A stretch of 39,366 nucleotides of DNA from Armatimonadota bacterium (GTDB lineage: Bacteria; Armatimonadota; SYMT01): positions 138,855 to 178,220 of the forward strand of contig JBKBRF010000003.1 of assembly GCA_046292385.1 (NCBI GenBank). Direction: 5' to 3'. Numbering within the stretch: the first letter of the stretch is position 1; each line of letters starts with the position of its first letter. The notes under the pieces were generated by a model. The model saw only the letters and a program-made list of their open reading frames with translations. It was not told the DNA's origin and did not search any database. The translations under genes and the position numbers were made by a program. Shown piece by piece: positions 16,880 through 27,936 of the stretch.

Positions 16880-18283
16880 CTACGGCAGCTTCCACAGCGG
16901 ATTGGGGACGTGCTCGCGGTCCATGCGGCGGCGCATCGCCTCCACCTGCTCCGGGTGCTCCGCGGCGACGCTGCGCGTTTCGCCCGGGTCTTCTTTCAGG
17001 TTATACAGCTCGATCTCCCCGTGAAACGGCTTGGCGACCGCCTTCCAGTCGCCCATCCGCAGGGCGCGGGCGGAGCCCTGCTCGTAGAACTCCCAGTAGA
17101 GCGCCTCGTGGCGGCGCTGCTCCGCGGAGCGTCCCCGCAGGGTGGGCGCGAAGCTGATGCCGTCGGTGGCGGTGGTCAGCGGCGTGCCGGCCAGCTCCGC
17201 GAGGGTGGGGAGCACGTCCGCGAAGTAGCCGACGTGGTCCGACGCGCTGCCCGCCCGCACCTGGCCGGGCCAGCGGACGAGCATCGGCACGCGGATCCCG
17301 CCTTCGTAGAGCGCCCGCTTGATCCCGCGGAGCGGCCCGTTCGAGTCGGAGGGCTCCGGATCGAAGCCGCCTTCCCGGTGCGGGCCGTTGTCCGAGGTGA
17401 AGACGACCATGGTCCGCTCGTCCAGACCCAGCGCCTTGAGCCGCTCGAAGAGACGCCCGATATCGCGGTCCATCCGCGCGATCATCGCCGCGTGCGCCTT
17501 CTGGGCCGGGGGCCAGTCTTCGTTCGCGTACTCGCCGAGGTCCGGGACCTCCATCCCGTTCGCGCCCGCTTCGTTGTTCGCGTGCGGGATCGTGTACGCG
17601 AGGTAGAGGAAGAACGGCCGCTCCCGGCTGCGGTCGAGGAACCGCAGCGCCTCCTCGGTCATCAGGTCGTGGCTGTAGTCGAGGCGGACGGTCGCCACGC
17701 CCTGGCCCACCTTCCCCTCGTTTGGCACGACGTTCCGCAGCGGGACCCGCTCCTCGTTCCGGTGGAGGAAGGTCGGGTAGTAGTTGTGCGCGTGGGTCTG
17801 GTCCAGATAGCCGAAGAAGCTGTCGAAGCCCTGCCGCGTGGGGACGCCGCTGCTCCCCTCGTGTCCCAGGCCCCACTTGCCGACCAGCCCGGTCGTGTAG
17901 CCGGCCCGGCGGACCACTTCCGCCACCGTCACGTCCTCCGGCCGCAGGTTCGTCTTCGCATTTCCCCGGATGTAGGCGTGCCCGGTGTGGAGGCCGGTCA
18001 TCAGCACGCAGCGGGAGGGCGCGCAGACGGTGGAGCCGGCGTAGAACTGCGTGAAGCGCATCCCCTCCGCCATCCGGTCCAGGTGCGGGGTGCGGAAGCT
18101 CCGCTGGCCGTAGCAGCCCAGGTCTCCATATCCGAGATCGTCGGCTAGAATGAAGATTACATTGGGCCGCGCCGGTCGCTGGCCCGCCCCCACCGCCGAG
18201 ACGGCGCCGAGCGCCGACAGCAGGCCGAGGAGGGCCAGGAGCAGCGTCCGGAGACGAGGGGTTCGCGGAGGAAAGAGCGGCAT
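16880..18283 (-). CDS. Secreted arylsulfatase-family sulfatase
   Basis: Signal peptide, PNVIFILADDLGYGD, CAPSR (CxPxR) LMTG, GKWGLG, SDNG, K..LYEGGIRVP. Confidence 0.92.
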   Translation of the reverse strand: MPLFPPRTPRLRTLLLALLGLLSALGAVSAVGAGQRPARPNVIFILADDLGYGDLGCYGQRSFRTPHLDRMAEGMRFTQFYAGSTVCAPSRCVLMTGLHTGHAYIRGNAKTNLRPEDVTVAEVVRRAGYTTGLVGKWGLGHEGSSGVPTRQGFDSFFGYLDQTHAHNYYPTFLHRNEERVPLRNVVPNEGKVGQGVATVRLDYSHDLMTEEALRFLDRSRERPFFLYLAYTIPHANNEAGANGMEVPDLGEYANEDWPPAQKAHAAMIARMDRDIGRLFERLKALGLDERTMVVFTSDNGPHREGGFDPEPSDSNGPLRGIKRALYEGGIRVPMLVRWPGQVRAGSASDHVGYFADVLPTLAELAGTPLTTATDGISFAPTLRGRSAEQRRHEALYWEFYEQGSARALRMGDWKAVAKPFHGEIELYNLKEDPGETRSVAAEHPEQVEAMRRRMDREHVPNPLWKLP

Positions 18284-18736
18284 CGGAGCGTCCTACGTAA
18301 GAGGGGGTGTCCCTGCGGCTCAAGTTCGGCGCCGGGCGCGGGGTTCCTGTCCGGTGGTTCCCTACGTGGAGCACCCGGGAAGTACTCATTCCTTGTCCGA
18401 AAGCAGGGAGCGGCACGAAAGGGAGGCCGAGCAAGCTCGTCACTCCGCAAGGGGACGAGAGGCGTATCGCTGCGGCGGTTGCTGTCTGCTGTCCGGGACG
18501 TGGGCCTCTCTCGATCAGAGGCTGGAGCGACACGGTACTGCCGGAGTGCCGAGCTCGCTCGGCCCTTCCCGCGGGGTGAAGTTGCCTCCGCCCCGCAGGC
18601 AGGGCCCGCCGGAACCGCGCGCCAGCTCGAGCACCTACCTGGCAGCCGAAGGCAAGGGGCGGCACTGAGATACCCTTCATGAGGTCTGTTACGGTCCCTG
18701 GGAGACCGGCCGGGCCCTCGATAGGATTTCAAGAGC

Positions 18737-21613
<2,877 letters not shown>

Positions 21614-21635
21614 ACCCCCGGCAGGCGGAAACAAA

Positions 21636-21672
21636 GCGGAGCCCCTCGACCGACGTGGTCGAGGGGCTCCGC
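21636..21672. terminator. Bidirectional terminator between convergent genes
   Basis: Perfect 16-bp stem GCGGAGCCCCTCGACC/GGTCGAGGGGCTCCGC, A-rich before and T-rich after. Confidence 0.8.
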
Positions 21673-21694
21673 GTTTCTACCGAGTTGCCAGGAG

Positions 21695-21982
21695 CTACAT
21701 CCCGGCCGGGGTCTGAGGGGCGGCCGGGACAAGACTCAAGCCACCCGCTCCCAATAGAAACTGCCCCACGATGGGAGCGAGCAGCCATACCGCAATGAGC
21801 AGCCACTTGTTTGGGTGGACCATCTCTGCGATGGCGAAGTAGAGCAGGTAGAAGCCGCAGATGAGGCCGACAATCCCCTTCCAGATCTCGTTCTGAAACG
21901 CCTGCACCAGAATGATCAGCCATGCCGCCGCCCCCGCCAGTACCAGGATACCTCCGAGAATAATCAGGACAATTCCCACCAT
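21695..21982 (-). CDS. Small membrane protein, 95 aa, about 3 TM helices
   Basis: C-terminal part of ORF 21695..22624; ATG at 21982 with AGGAGG RBS; strongly hydrophobic. Confidence 0.75.
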   Translation of the reverse strand: MVGIVLIILGGILVLAGAAAWLIILVQAFQNEIWKGIVGLICGFYLLYFAIAEMVHPNKWLLIAVWLLAPIVGQFLLGAGGLSLVPAAPQTPAGM

Positions 21983-22129
21983 CGCCTCCTTGCGAATCGG
22001 AAAGCAGAGCTCTGGATCTTTCAGGTTGTTCAGGGAACGTGCTCCTGCTTCCTCTACCGCCTGGTCATCCCTCGAGCAGGCCGCTCCGCTTACTTTCACC
22101 AACGGCCCCAATATGCGGCGGAGTCTCCG

Positions 22130-23131
22130 ATGAAGGATCCGGGCGCTCGTCTCCAGTGGCTCCGGTGGGCGGTGCCCGCGGGAATGTGCCTGATCGTGTT
22201 CGCGCTGGCGTTCACCGCGCCGCACTTCTTCACGGCGCAGAACCTGCGCAACGTCGGCACGCAGGTGCCGGTCAACCTGATCCTCGCCGCGGGGATGACG
22301 CTCGTCATCCTCACCGGCGGCATCGATCTCTCGGTCGGCTCGGTCCACGCGCTCTGCGGCATCACCGCCGCGCTGGTGCTCACCCGCCTCGCCCCGGAGC
22401 TGGGCGGCGCCACCGTCCCCGCGGCGATCGCGGCGTCGCTGCTGGTCGGGGCGCTTCTCGGCGCCTTCAACGGCTCCGCCATCGGGTGGATCGGCATCCC
22501 GCCGTTCATCGCCACGCTCGCCATGATGAGCGTGGCGCGCGGGCTGGCGAAGCACCTCACCAACGGCATCGCGATCGGGATCGTGGGGCCGGACGTGACC
22601 GGCTGGGAGGCGATCAACCGCCACTGGCTGGAGCTTCGGCCGCTCGGCCTCGGCTTCGTAAACGGGGTGGTGCCGGTCTCATTCCTGCTCGCCTGCGCGG
22701 TGCTCGGGGCGCTGGCGCTGCTGCTGCGGAAGACCCGCCCCGGCCGCCGCATCTACGCGGTCGGCGGCAGCGAGGGCGCCTCCCACCTCTCCGGCGTGCC
22801 GGTCGCGCGCACCAAGCTGCTGGTCTACACCCTGATGGGCGCCCTGGCGGGGCTGGCGGGGCTGGTGGAGACGGCGGCGCAGCAGAGCGGCTCGCCCATC
22901 GCCGGTATGGGCTACGAGCTGAACGCGATTGCCGCGGTGGTGGTCGGCGGCACCCGCCTCTCCGGCGGACAGGGCGGCATGCTCGGCACCTTCATCGGCG
23001 CCGTCTTCATCATCGGGCTGATGAACAACGCGCTCAACCTCCACAACGTCTCCCCGTTCTGGCAGGAGATCGCCAAGGGAGCGATCATCTTCAGCGTGGC
23101 GCTGGTCGACCGGGTCGCGCGGCGGGACTGA
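22130..23131 (+). CDS. RbsC-like sugar ABC transporter permease (orphan)
   Basis: GMTLVILTGGIDLSVGS, IPPFIATL, GR.IYAVGGSEGASHLSG, YELNAIAAVVVGGT.LSGG.G. Confidence 0.9.
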   Translation: MKDPGARLQWLRWAVPAGMCLIVFALAFTAPHFFTAQNLRNVGTQVPVNLILAAGMTLVILTGGIDLSVGSVHALCGITAALVLTRLAPELGGATVPAAIAASLLVGALLGAFNGSAIGWIGIPPFIATLAMMSVARGLAKHLTNGIAIGIVGPDVTGWEAINRHWLELRPLGLGFVNGVVPVSFLLACAVLGALALLLRKTRPGRRIYAVGGSEGASHLSGVPVARTKLLVYTLMGALAGLAGLVETAAQQSGSPIAGMGYELNAIAAVVVGGTRLSGGQGGMLGTFIGAVFIIGLMNNALNLHNVSPFWQEIAKGAIIFSVALVDRVARRD

Positions 23132-23142
23132 TGCGGGGGAGT

Positions 23143-23445
23143 GGGTTCTAAAGGCTAAAGGCAGAAGGCTAAAGGCTAAAGATCCGAACCCTGCGTGAGC
23201 GGGAGGTCCTGCTCCTGCTCTTACTCTTGCTCCAGCTCGCTGGCGACCGGGTGTTTCCGGCACGTCTTCGAGAGCTCGCTCCAGGCGCGCTGATCGGGAT
23301 GAAGGCGGGCCTTCCGGAACTGAATGGGAGAGTGGGAGAGCCGCTCGCTGGCTGCCGTTGGCAGGTTCCAGGTTGGCAAGTGTCAGGTTCCGAACCCCCC
23401 ACCGGGGAGCTCAACCTGCAACCTGCCAACTTGCTAACCTGTAAC
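23143..23445. repeat. Heptamer arrays (CTAAAGG)5 and inverted CAGGTT/AACCTG arrays
   Basis: CTAAAGG-type units at 23148-23182; degenerate CAGGTT units 23357-23390 inverted against AACCTG units 23413-23445. Confidence 0.7.
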
Positions 23446-23514
23446 AGACGTCGCCCACTCTCCAAAAATCGCCCATCGATCCCGAACCGACGGAATTCTG
23501 GTTCGGGGATGGAG

Positions 23515-24060
23515 TTAGCCGGCGCCGGGAAGCACCGACGGCTCCTTCGCGATCGCCGGCTTCTGCACCGGGCCCAGGATTTCCAGCCGGATCGGATCGG
23601 TGCCGGTGAGGCCGATGCGGCGCGCCAGGCCCCGGCTCAGGTCCGCCGTCACGCTCCGCTTGCCGAACGGCCCGCGGTCGTTCACGCGGCCCACCGCCGA
23701 CCTCCCCGTCTTGAGGTGCGTCACCCGCACCCGGGTTCCGAACGGGAGATGGCGGCTCGCGAGCGTCATCGCGTTCTGATTGAACCGCTCGCCGGAAGCG
23801 GTGCGCCGCCCGTGGAATCCGGGGCCGTACCACGTGGCCCGGGTGTTGATCACCTTGCCGGTCGGCGCGTACCTCGCCCGCAGCTCGGAGCGGCTCTGCG
23901 CCGGCTTCGCGCGGGCGACCCGCTTCATATTCTTCTTCCGAGCGGCGTCCGCCGGCTTCGGAAGCATCCCGCCCCACGCCATCAGAAACAGCGGGGACAT
24001 CATCGCCGCAAAGCAGCGGTAGACCAGACCCAGTCTTCCGAGTCTTGAGCCTTTTCGCAT
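23515..24060 (-). CDS. rlpA: RlpA-family (DPBB) lytic transglycosylase-like protein
   Basis: ATWYGPGFHGRRTASGERF...LPFGTRVRV...VNDRGPF...DLS; AAAAGGAG RBS before ATG 24060. Confidence 0.85.
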   Translation of the reverse strand: MRKGSRLGRLGLVYRCFAAMMSPLFLMAWGGMLPKPADAARKKNMKRVARAKPAQSRSELRARYAPTGKVINTRATWYGPGFHGRRTASGERFNQNAMTLASRHLPFGTRVRVTHLKTGRSAVGRVNDRGPFGKRSVTADLSRGLARRIGLTGTDPIRLEILGPVQKPAIAKEPSVLPGAG

Positions 24061-24437
24061 TTGGAATGCTCCTTTTGCGAGAAAGGGCTTCGGCCCTCGG
24101 ACCGAAACCTGGAAGCGCTCGGAGATCTCCCCTCCAACCAGCCGCGCGCACGACGGCGCGGGCCGATCAGGATGGAGGAGCTCGAAAACTTCCGCCGGTT
24201 GTGTCGCTCGCCGTCGCCGGGTAACGCTGGCGAGGAGCGGGAGGACCACCCGTACCGGGATAGAGCGGGCTCACTGCGAACTGCATCGCCGCGCTCGGGT
24301 CGCTCCCCAAAACGAACGTGGACCAAACTCTTCAGTCCGCCGACGATTATAACTTAGCTGTCAACAGGCGTCCTGAAGCCTCCTCGGACGGTCCGCGAGC
24401 TGGCACCCGCCCGGCCCTCGCGCTCAGGGCCGGAGAC

Positions 24438-24560
24438 TCCAGGTTGTAGGTTCCAGGTTGTAGGTTCCAGGTTGCAGGTTCCAGGTTGCAGGTTTGGCGG
24501 GTTGCAGGCTCTGGCTCACGGCGAGCGGGGTTCGGAACTTGAAACCTGAAACCTGAAACC
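24438..24560. repeat. Heptamer array (TCCAGGT-TGYAGGT)4 with an inverted (GAAACCT)n partner
   Basis: Eight alternating heptamers at 24438-24493; GGAACTT GAAACCT GAAACCT GAAACC at 24534-24560. Confidence 0.8.
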
Positions 24561-24686
24561 CCAGCTTTTACTTCTGGGCGCTTCGCAAGCATAAGGAATC
24601 GGGGTGCGGCGGAGTAAAACTGCCTGGACAGCGCGACCGGCAGTCCGGCGCGGAGGCCGCCGGATCCGTCTTCTAGCGAGAGAGAC

Positions 24687-26027
24687 ATGCAGGCACAGGG
24701 CAGCGACATCGAATTCGTGCTGAAGAGCGCGCGAGAGAACAACGTCCGGTTCATCCGCCTCTGGTTCACCGATATCCTGGGCTTTCCGAAAAGCGTGGCC
24801 GTGACGCTGGCGCAGCTCGAAGACTCCCTGGAGAACGGCGTCAGCTTCGACGGCTCCTCCATCCAGGGCTTCGCGCGGCGGCAGGAAAGCGACATGCGCG
24901 CCCGCCCCGATCCGTCGACCTTCCAGCTCCTCCCGTGGCGCCGGGGCGAGCAGGGGACGGTGGCGGCGATGTTCTGCGACATCGTGAAGCCGGACGGCGC
25001 GCCGTACGAGGGCGATCCCCGCTGGGTGCTCCGCCGGACCCTGGAGCGGGCCGCGCGCCACGGCTACACCTTCTACGTGGGCCCGGAACTGGAGTTCTTC
25101 TACTTCCGCAGCTCCCGCGGCGCCCCGGAGACGCTGGACGAGGGCGGTTACTTCGACCTCACCCCCCAGGACATCGCCACCGACATCCGCCGCGACACCA
25201 TCCTGACGCTGGAGGAGATGGGGATCGACGTCGACTTCAGCCACCACGAGGGGGCGCACAGCCAGCACGAGATCGACCTCCGGTACGCCGACGCGCTGAC
25301 GATGGCGGACAACACGATGACGTTCCGCCTGGTGGTGAAGGAGATCGCGCAGAAGCACGGGGTCTTCGCCAGTTTCATGCCGAAGCCGCTGGGCAACCAG
25401 AACGGCAGCAGCATGCACACCAACACCTCGCTGTTCCAGGGCAGCCGGAATCTCTTCTTCGACCCGGAAGATCCGCAGAACCTGTCGCAGCTCGCCCGCC
25501 AGTACACCGCCGGCCTGCTGCGCCACGTGCCGGAGATCACGCTGGTGCTGAACCAGTGGGTCAACTCCTACAAGCGGCTGGTGCCGGGCTACGAGGCGCC
25601 GACCTACGTCTCCTGGGCCTTCCAGAACCGCTCCGACCTGATCCGGGTGCCGGCCTATCAGCGGGGCCGCGAGGATTCGGTCCGCATCGAGCTGCGCTCG
25701 CCCGACGCGGCGTGCAACCCGTACCTCGCCTTCGCCTGCATCCTCTCGGCCGGGATGGAAGGGATCGAGAACGAGTACGAGCTGCCGCCGCCGATGGAGG
25801 AGGACGTCGCCGAGATGACCCCGGAGGAGCGCGCCGGGCTGGGCATCGCCAGCCTGCCGGAGGACCTCCACGCCGCCATCGAGCGCGCCGAGGGGAGCGA
25901 CTTCCTGCGGCGGACGCTCGGCGATCACGTCTTTACCAACCTGATCCTGAACAAGCGGCGCGAGTGGAACCGGTTCCGGGCGTACGTGACGGATTTCGAG
26001 CTGCAGGAGTATCTCCCGATCCTTTAG
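24687..26027 (+). CDS. glnA: Glutamine synthetase type I
   Basis: FDGSSI, GPELEFF, HHE, QHEI, FMPKP...NGSSMH, SYKRLVPGYEAP, NRS, RIELRSPD.ACNPYL. Confidence 0.95.
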   Translation: MQAQGSDIEFVLKSARENNVRFIRLWFTDILGFPKSVAVTLAQLEDSLENGVSFDGSSIQGFARRQESDMRARPDPSTFQLLPWRRGEQGTVAAMFCDIVKPDGAPYEGDPRWVLRRTLERAARHGYTFYVGPELEFFYFRSSRGAPETLDEGGYFDLTPQDIATDIRRDTILTLEEMGIDVDFSHHEGAHSQHEIDLRYADALTMADNTMTFRLVVKEIAQKHGVFASFMPKPLGNQNGSSMHTNTSLFQGSRNLFFDPEDPQNLSQLARQYTAGLLRHVPEITLVLNQWVNSYKRLVPGYEAPTYVSWAFQNRSDLIRVPAYQRGREDSVRIELRSPDAACNPYLAFACILSAGMEGIENEYELPPPMEEDVAEMTPEERAGLGIASLPEDLHAAIERAEGSDFLRRTLGDHVFTNLILNKRREWNRFRAYVTDFELQEYLPIL

Positions 26028-26120
26028 CTTCGCGCGATGAGTGCCTCGAACGCTAACATCCATAGAGGGGAGGGCGCCGGCATCCGGGCGGGCTCGTGCC
26101 GCGCTTCGGTCGGTCGCGTT

Positions 26121-26218
26121 CGTCCCGAGGGTCCCACCCCGCGCCCTTGTGCGGGTGGTTTCACTTACTCGCCGCACAGCAGCGTCCGTCCCGAGGGTCC
26201 CACCCCGCGCCCTTGTGC
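26121..26218 (+). repeat. 32-bp exact direct repeat
   Basis: CGTCCCGAGGGTCCCACCCCGCGCCCTTGTGC at 26121-26152 and 26187-26218. Confidence 0.9.
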
Positions 26219-26772
26219 CGGGAGGCAGCCCTCCCGCGACGGGTGCCCTCCGCGGCCTTTTCACGCTCCGGCTGCGCCTCCGCTAGCAGGCCGCTCCGGG
26301 AGCTCATCTCGCTTCGCTCTTCCCGCGCCACTGCCGGGATCGCACCCCCAGCCCAGTTCACGGGCTGCCTCCCGGCCCTTCGAGCGAACCCCCCTGCGCC
26401 CAGGGGGGTTCACAAGTGGCACCCTGCGGGCGCCCTGGTTTCTGGCTGATTCCGAGCCGGATCCGTCTCCTCAGTCCCGGTTAGCGGTACCCGTCAGCCG
26501 CCTGAGCCGAGGAGCCTGGAGGCGCTGCCGAAGGCAGAGCCGGAGGGCTTCCCTTGTGACCACCCCTGGCGAGGGGTGGTTGCTTGAGCCGGACGGGGCG
26601 GCCCGTGAATCGCAGTCCCGGAGCAACCGCAGCCTGCGAACGCGGAGCACAGGCTTTCGCCGCGCACGCCCGGAGCAGTCCGCTAGCCCGAAGGGCGTGA
26701 AAGGACTGCGGGAGGGCCAGCGTCGCGTGAGGGCCGTTCCGCCCGGTGAGGGCACAGGGTGGACTCTCGGGG
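26187..26772. ncRNA. Candidate structured RNA/ssDNA element: two diverged inverted ~260-nt units with covarying stems
   Basis: Reverse complement of 26187-26450 aligns by eye with 26503-26772; three homologous stems differ by compensatory changes (see findings). Family unknown. Confidence 0.55.
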
Positions 26773-26847
26773 AGATGCCGCTCCCTGGGGAGAGATCGCA
26801 GTTATCCGCTGTCCGCGCGGCGCACAGAAGCCGAAGAGCCTGACCGC

Positions 26848-27522
26848 ATGCAGCGCATCCTCATCATCACGGATAACGCCAAGAACGCCGCCCCCTGGCA
26901 GCAGGAGCTGATCCGGGCCGGCTACCCGGTCACCTGTACCAGCTCCGACCGGCGCCAGCTCCACGAGTCGTTCAACCCACGGCCGGCGGAGGTGTTCATC
27001 CTGGACGGGACCTCCGTGCGCACCTCGCCGAAGGAGCTGCGGGAGCTGCTGGAGCTGGAGTGTCCGGAGCACGAGTCGTGCCTGATCTGGCTGGTCACGC
27101 AGGAAGTGGCGGCCCGGCTCGACCCGGCCTGCGGGATCGATGACTTCATCATCCTCCCGTCGAGCGCGCACGAGCTCCTCGCGCGGGTGCGCCTGCACCT
27201 CTGGAAGAGCCACAAGGTCTCCGGGACCGACCTGATCGTGGCCGGGGGGCTGGTGATCGACCAGGGCAACTACAGCGTCTCGCTCGACGGGCGCTCCCTG
27301 AACCTTACCTTTAAGGAATACGAGCTGCTCCGCTTCCTGGTGAGCCACCGCGGTCGGGTCTTCACGCGGGAAGCGCTGCTCAACCAGGTGTGGGGCTACG
27401 ACTACTACGGCGGCATCCGCACGGTCGACGTCCACATCCGCCGCATCCGCGCCAAGCTCGGGCCGGAGCACGAGGAGCTGGTCGAGACGCTCCGCAACGT
27501 CGGCTACCGGTTCAACGGGTAG
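26848..27522 (+). CDS. glnR: OmpR-family orphan response regulator, actinobacterial GlnR-like
   Basis: Winged helix LTFKEYELL..L..H.GRVFTR..LL..VWGYDY.GG.RTVDVH.RR.RAKLGPEHE....T.RNVGYRF closely follows Streptomyces/Mycobacterium GlnR; divergent receiver domain; next to glnA. Confidence 0.7.
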   Translation: MQRILIITDNAKNAAPWQQELIRAGYPVTCTSSDRRQLHESFNPRPAEVFILDGTSVRTSPKELRELLELECPEHESCLIWLVTQEVAARLDPACGIDDFIILPSSAHELLARVRLHLWKSHKVSGTDLIVAGGLVIDQGNYSVSLDGRSLNLTFKEYELLRFLVSHRGRVFTREALLNQVWGYDYYGGIRTVDVHIRRIRAKLGPEHEELVETLRNVGYRFNG

Positions 27523-27552
27523 CGGTGCGCGGTGAACCGCGCGGGTTGGCTC

Positions 27553-27652
27553 CGCCGGGAGTCAACTCCCGGCGATCGTGGTTGAGGCGCCGGGTTCGTG
27601 ATCTCCGGGAGTTGACTCCCGGAGCGCCAAACGCGGGCAGTTGACTGCCCGC
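27553..27652. repeat. Three REP-like palindromes sharing an AGT(TG/CA)ACT core
   Basis: CGCCGGGAGT-CA-ACTCCCGGCG 27553-27574; CTCCGGGAGT-TG-ACTCCCGGAG 27603-27624; GCGGGCAGT-TG-ACTGCCCGC 27633-27652. Confidence 0.8.
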
Positions 27653-27936
27653 TCGGATTCGGCCTGTTGCTCGTCCCGCATCCGAACGGGGGCCGGCCCG
27701 GGAAGCAACAGTAGTGAAACACGCATTTTCTCGCGACTCGGGCTGGATGCCCGGCGGCGAGAGTCCGACTTCAGGTGTAGCGGGGGACGTGCTGCTGTTG
27801 TATTTTTTCGAACTTTCGGCCGCAAAAGGGAACCGATTCGGATCGCGTGGGTCTTAAACCTGGCGATCCGACCACCGATTTGCTCCCCTGAGCGAGCTCC
27901 CCGCCGGTTTTCCGTGATTGCGCCGCTGGAGTCTGG

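Noticed and set aside
18284..18736. Hairpin-rich gap between the sulfatase gene and acnA
   Set aside because: Several short stems, including a GCAA loop, but no recognisable motif, second copy or covariation; expected at this GC content.
24346..24364. Perfect TTGACA and TATAAT hexamers on the minus strand
   Set aside because: Spacer is only 7 nt, so they cannot form one sigma70 promoter; the -10 alone may be real.
26121..26218. 32-bp repeat, 34-bp spacer, 32-bp repeat as a minimal CRISPR array
   Set aside because: Only two units, no cas genes or AT-rich leader, and the second repeat is the end of the larger structured unit.
26187..26772. T-box, 6S or large SRP identity for the structured units
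   Set aside because: GGTGGGACC occurs in one copy only with no terminator; no SRP domain IV motif; the multi-branch fold differs from the 6S rod. An Rfam search is still needed.
26037..26843. 268-aa ORF across the glnA-regulator gap with a repeated VRPEGPTPRPCAG peptide
   Set aside because: The peptide repeat only reflects the 32-bp DNA duplication; composition is low-complexity and the region is better explained by nucleic-acid structure.
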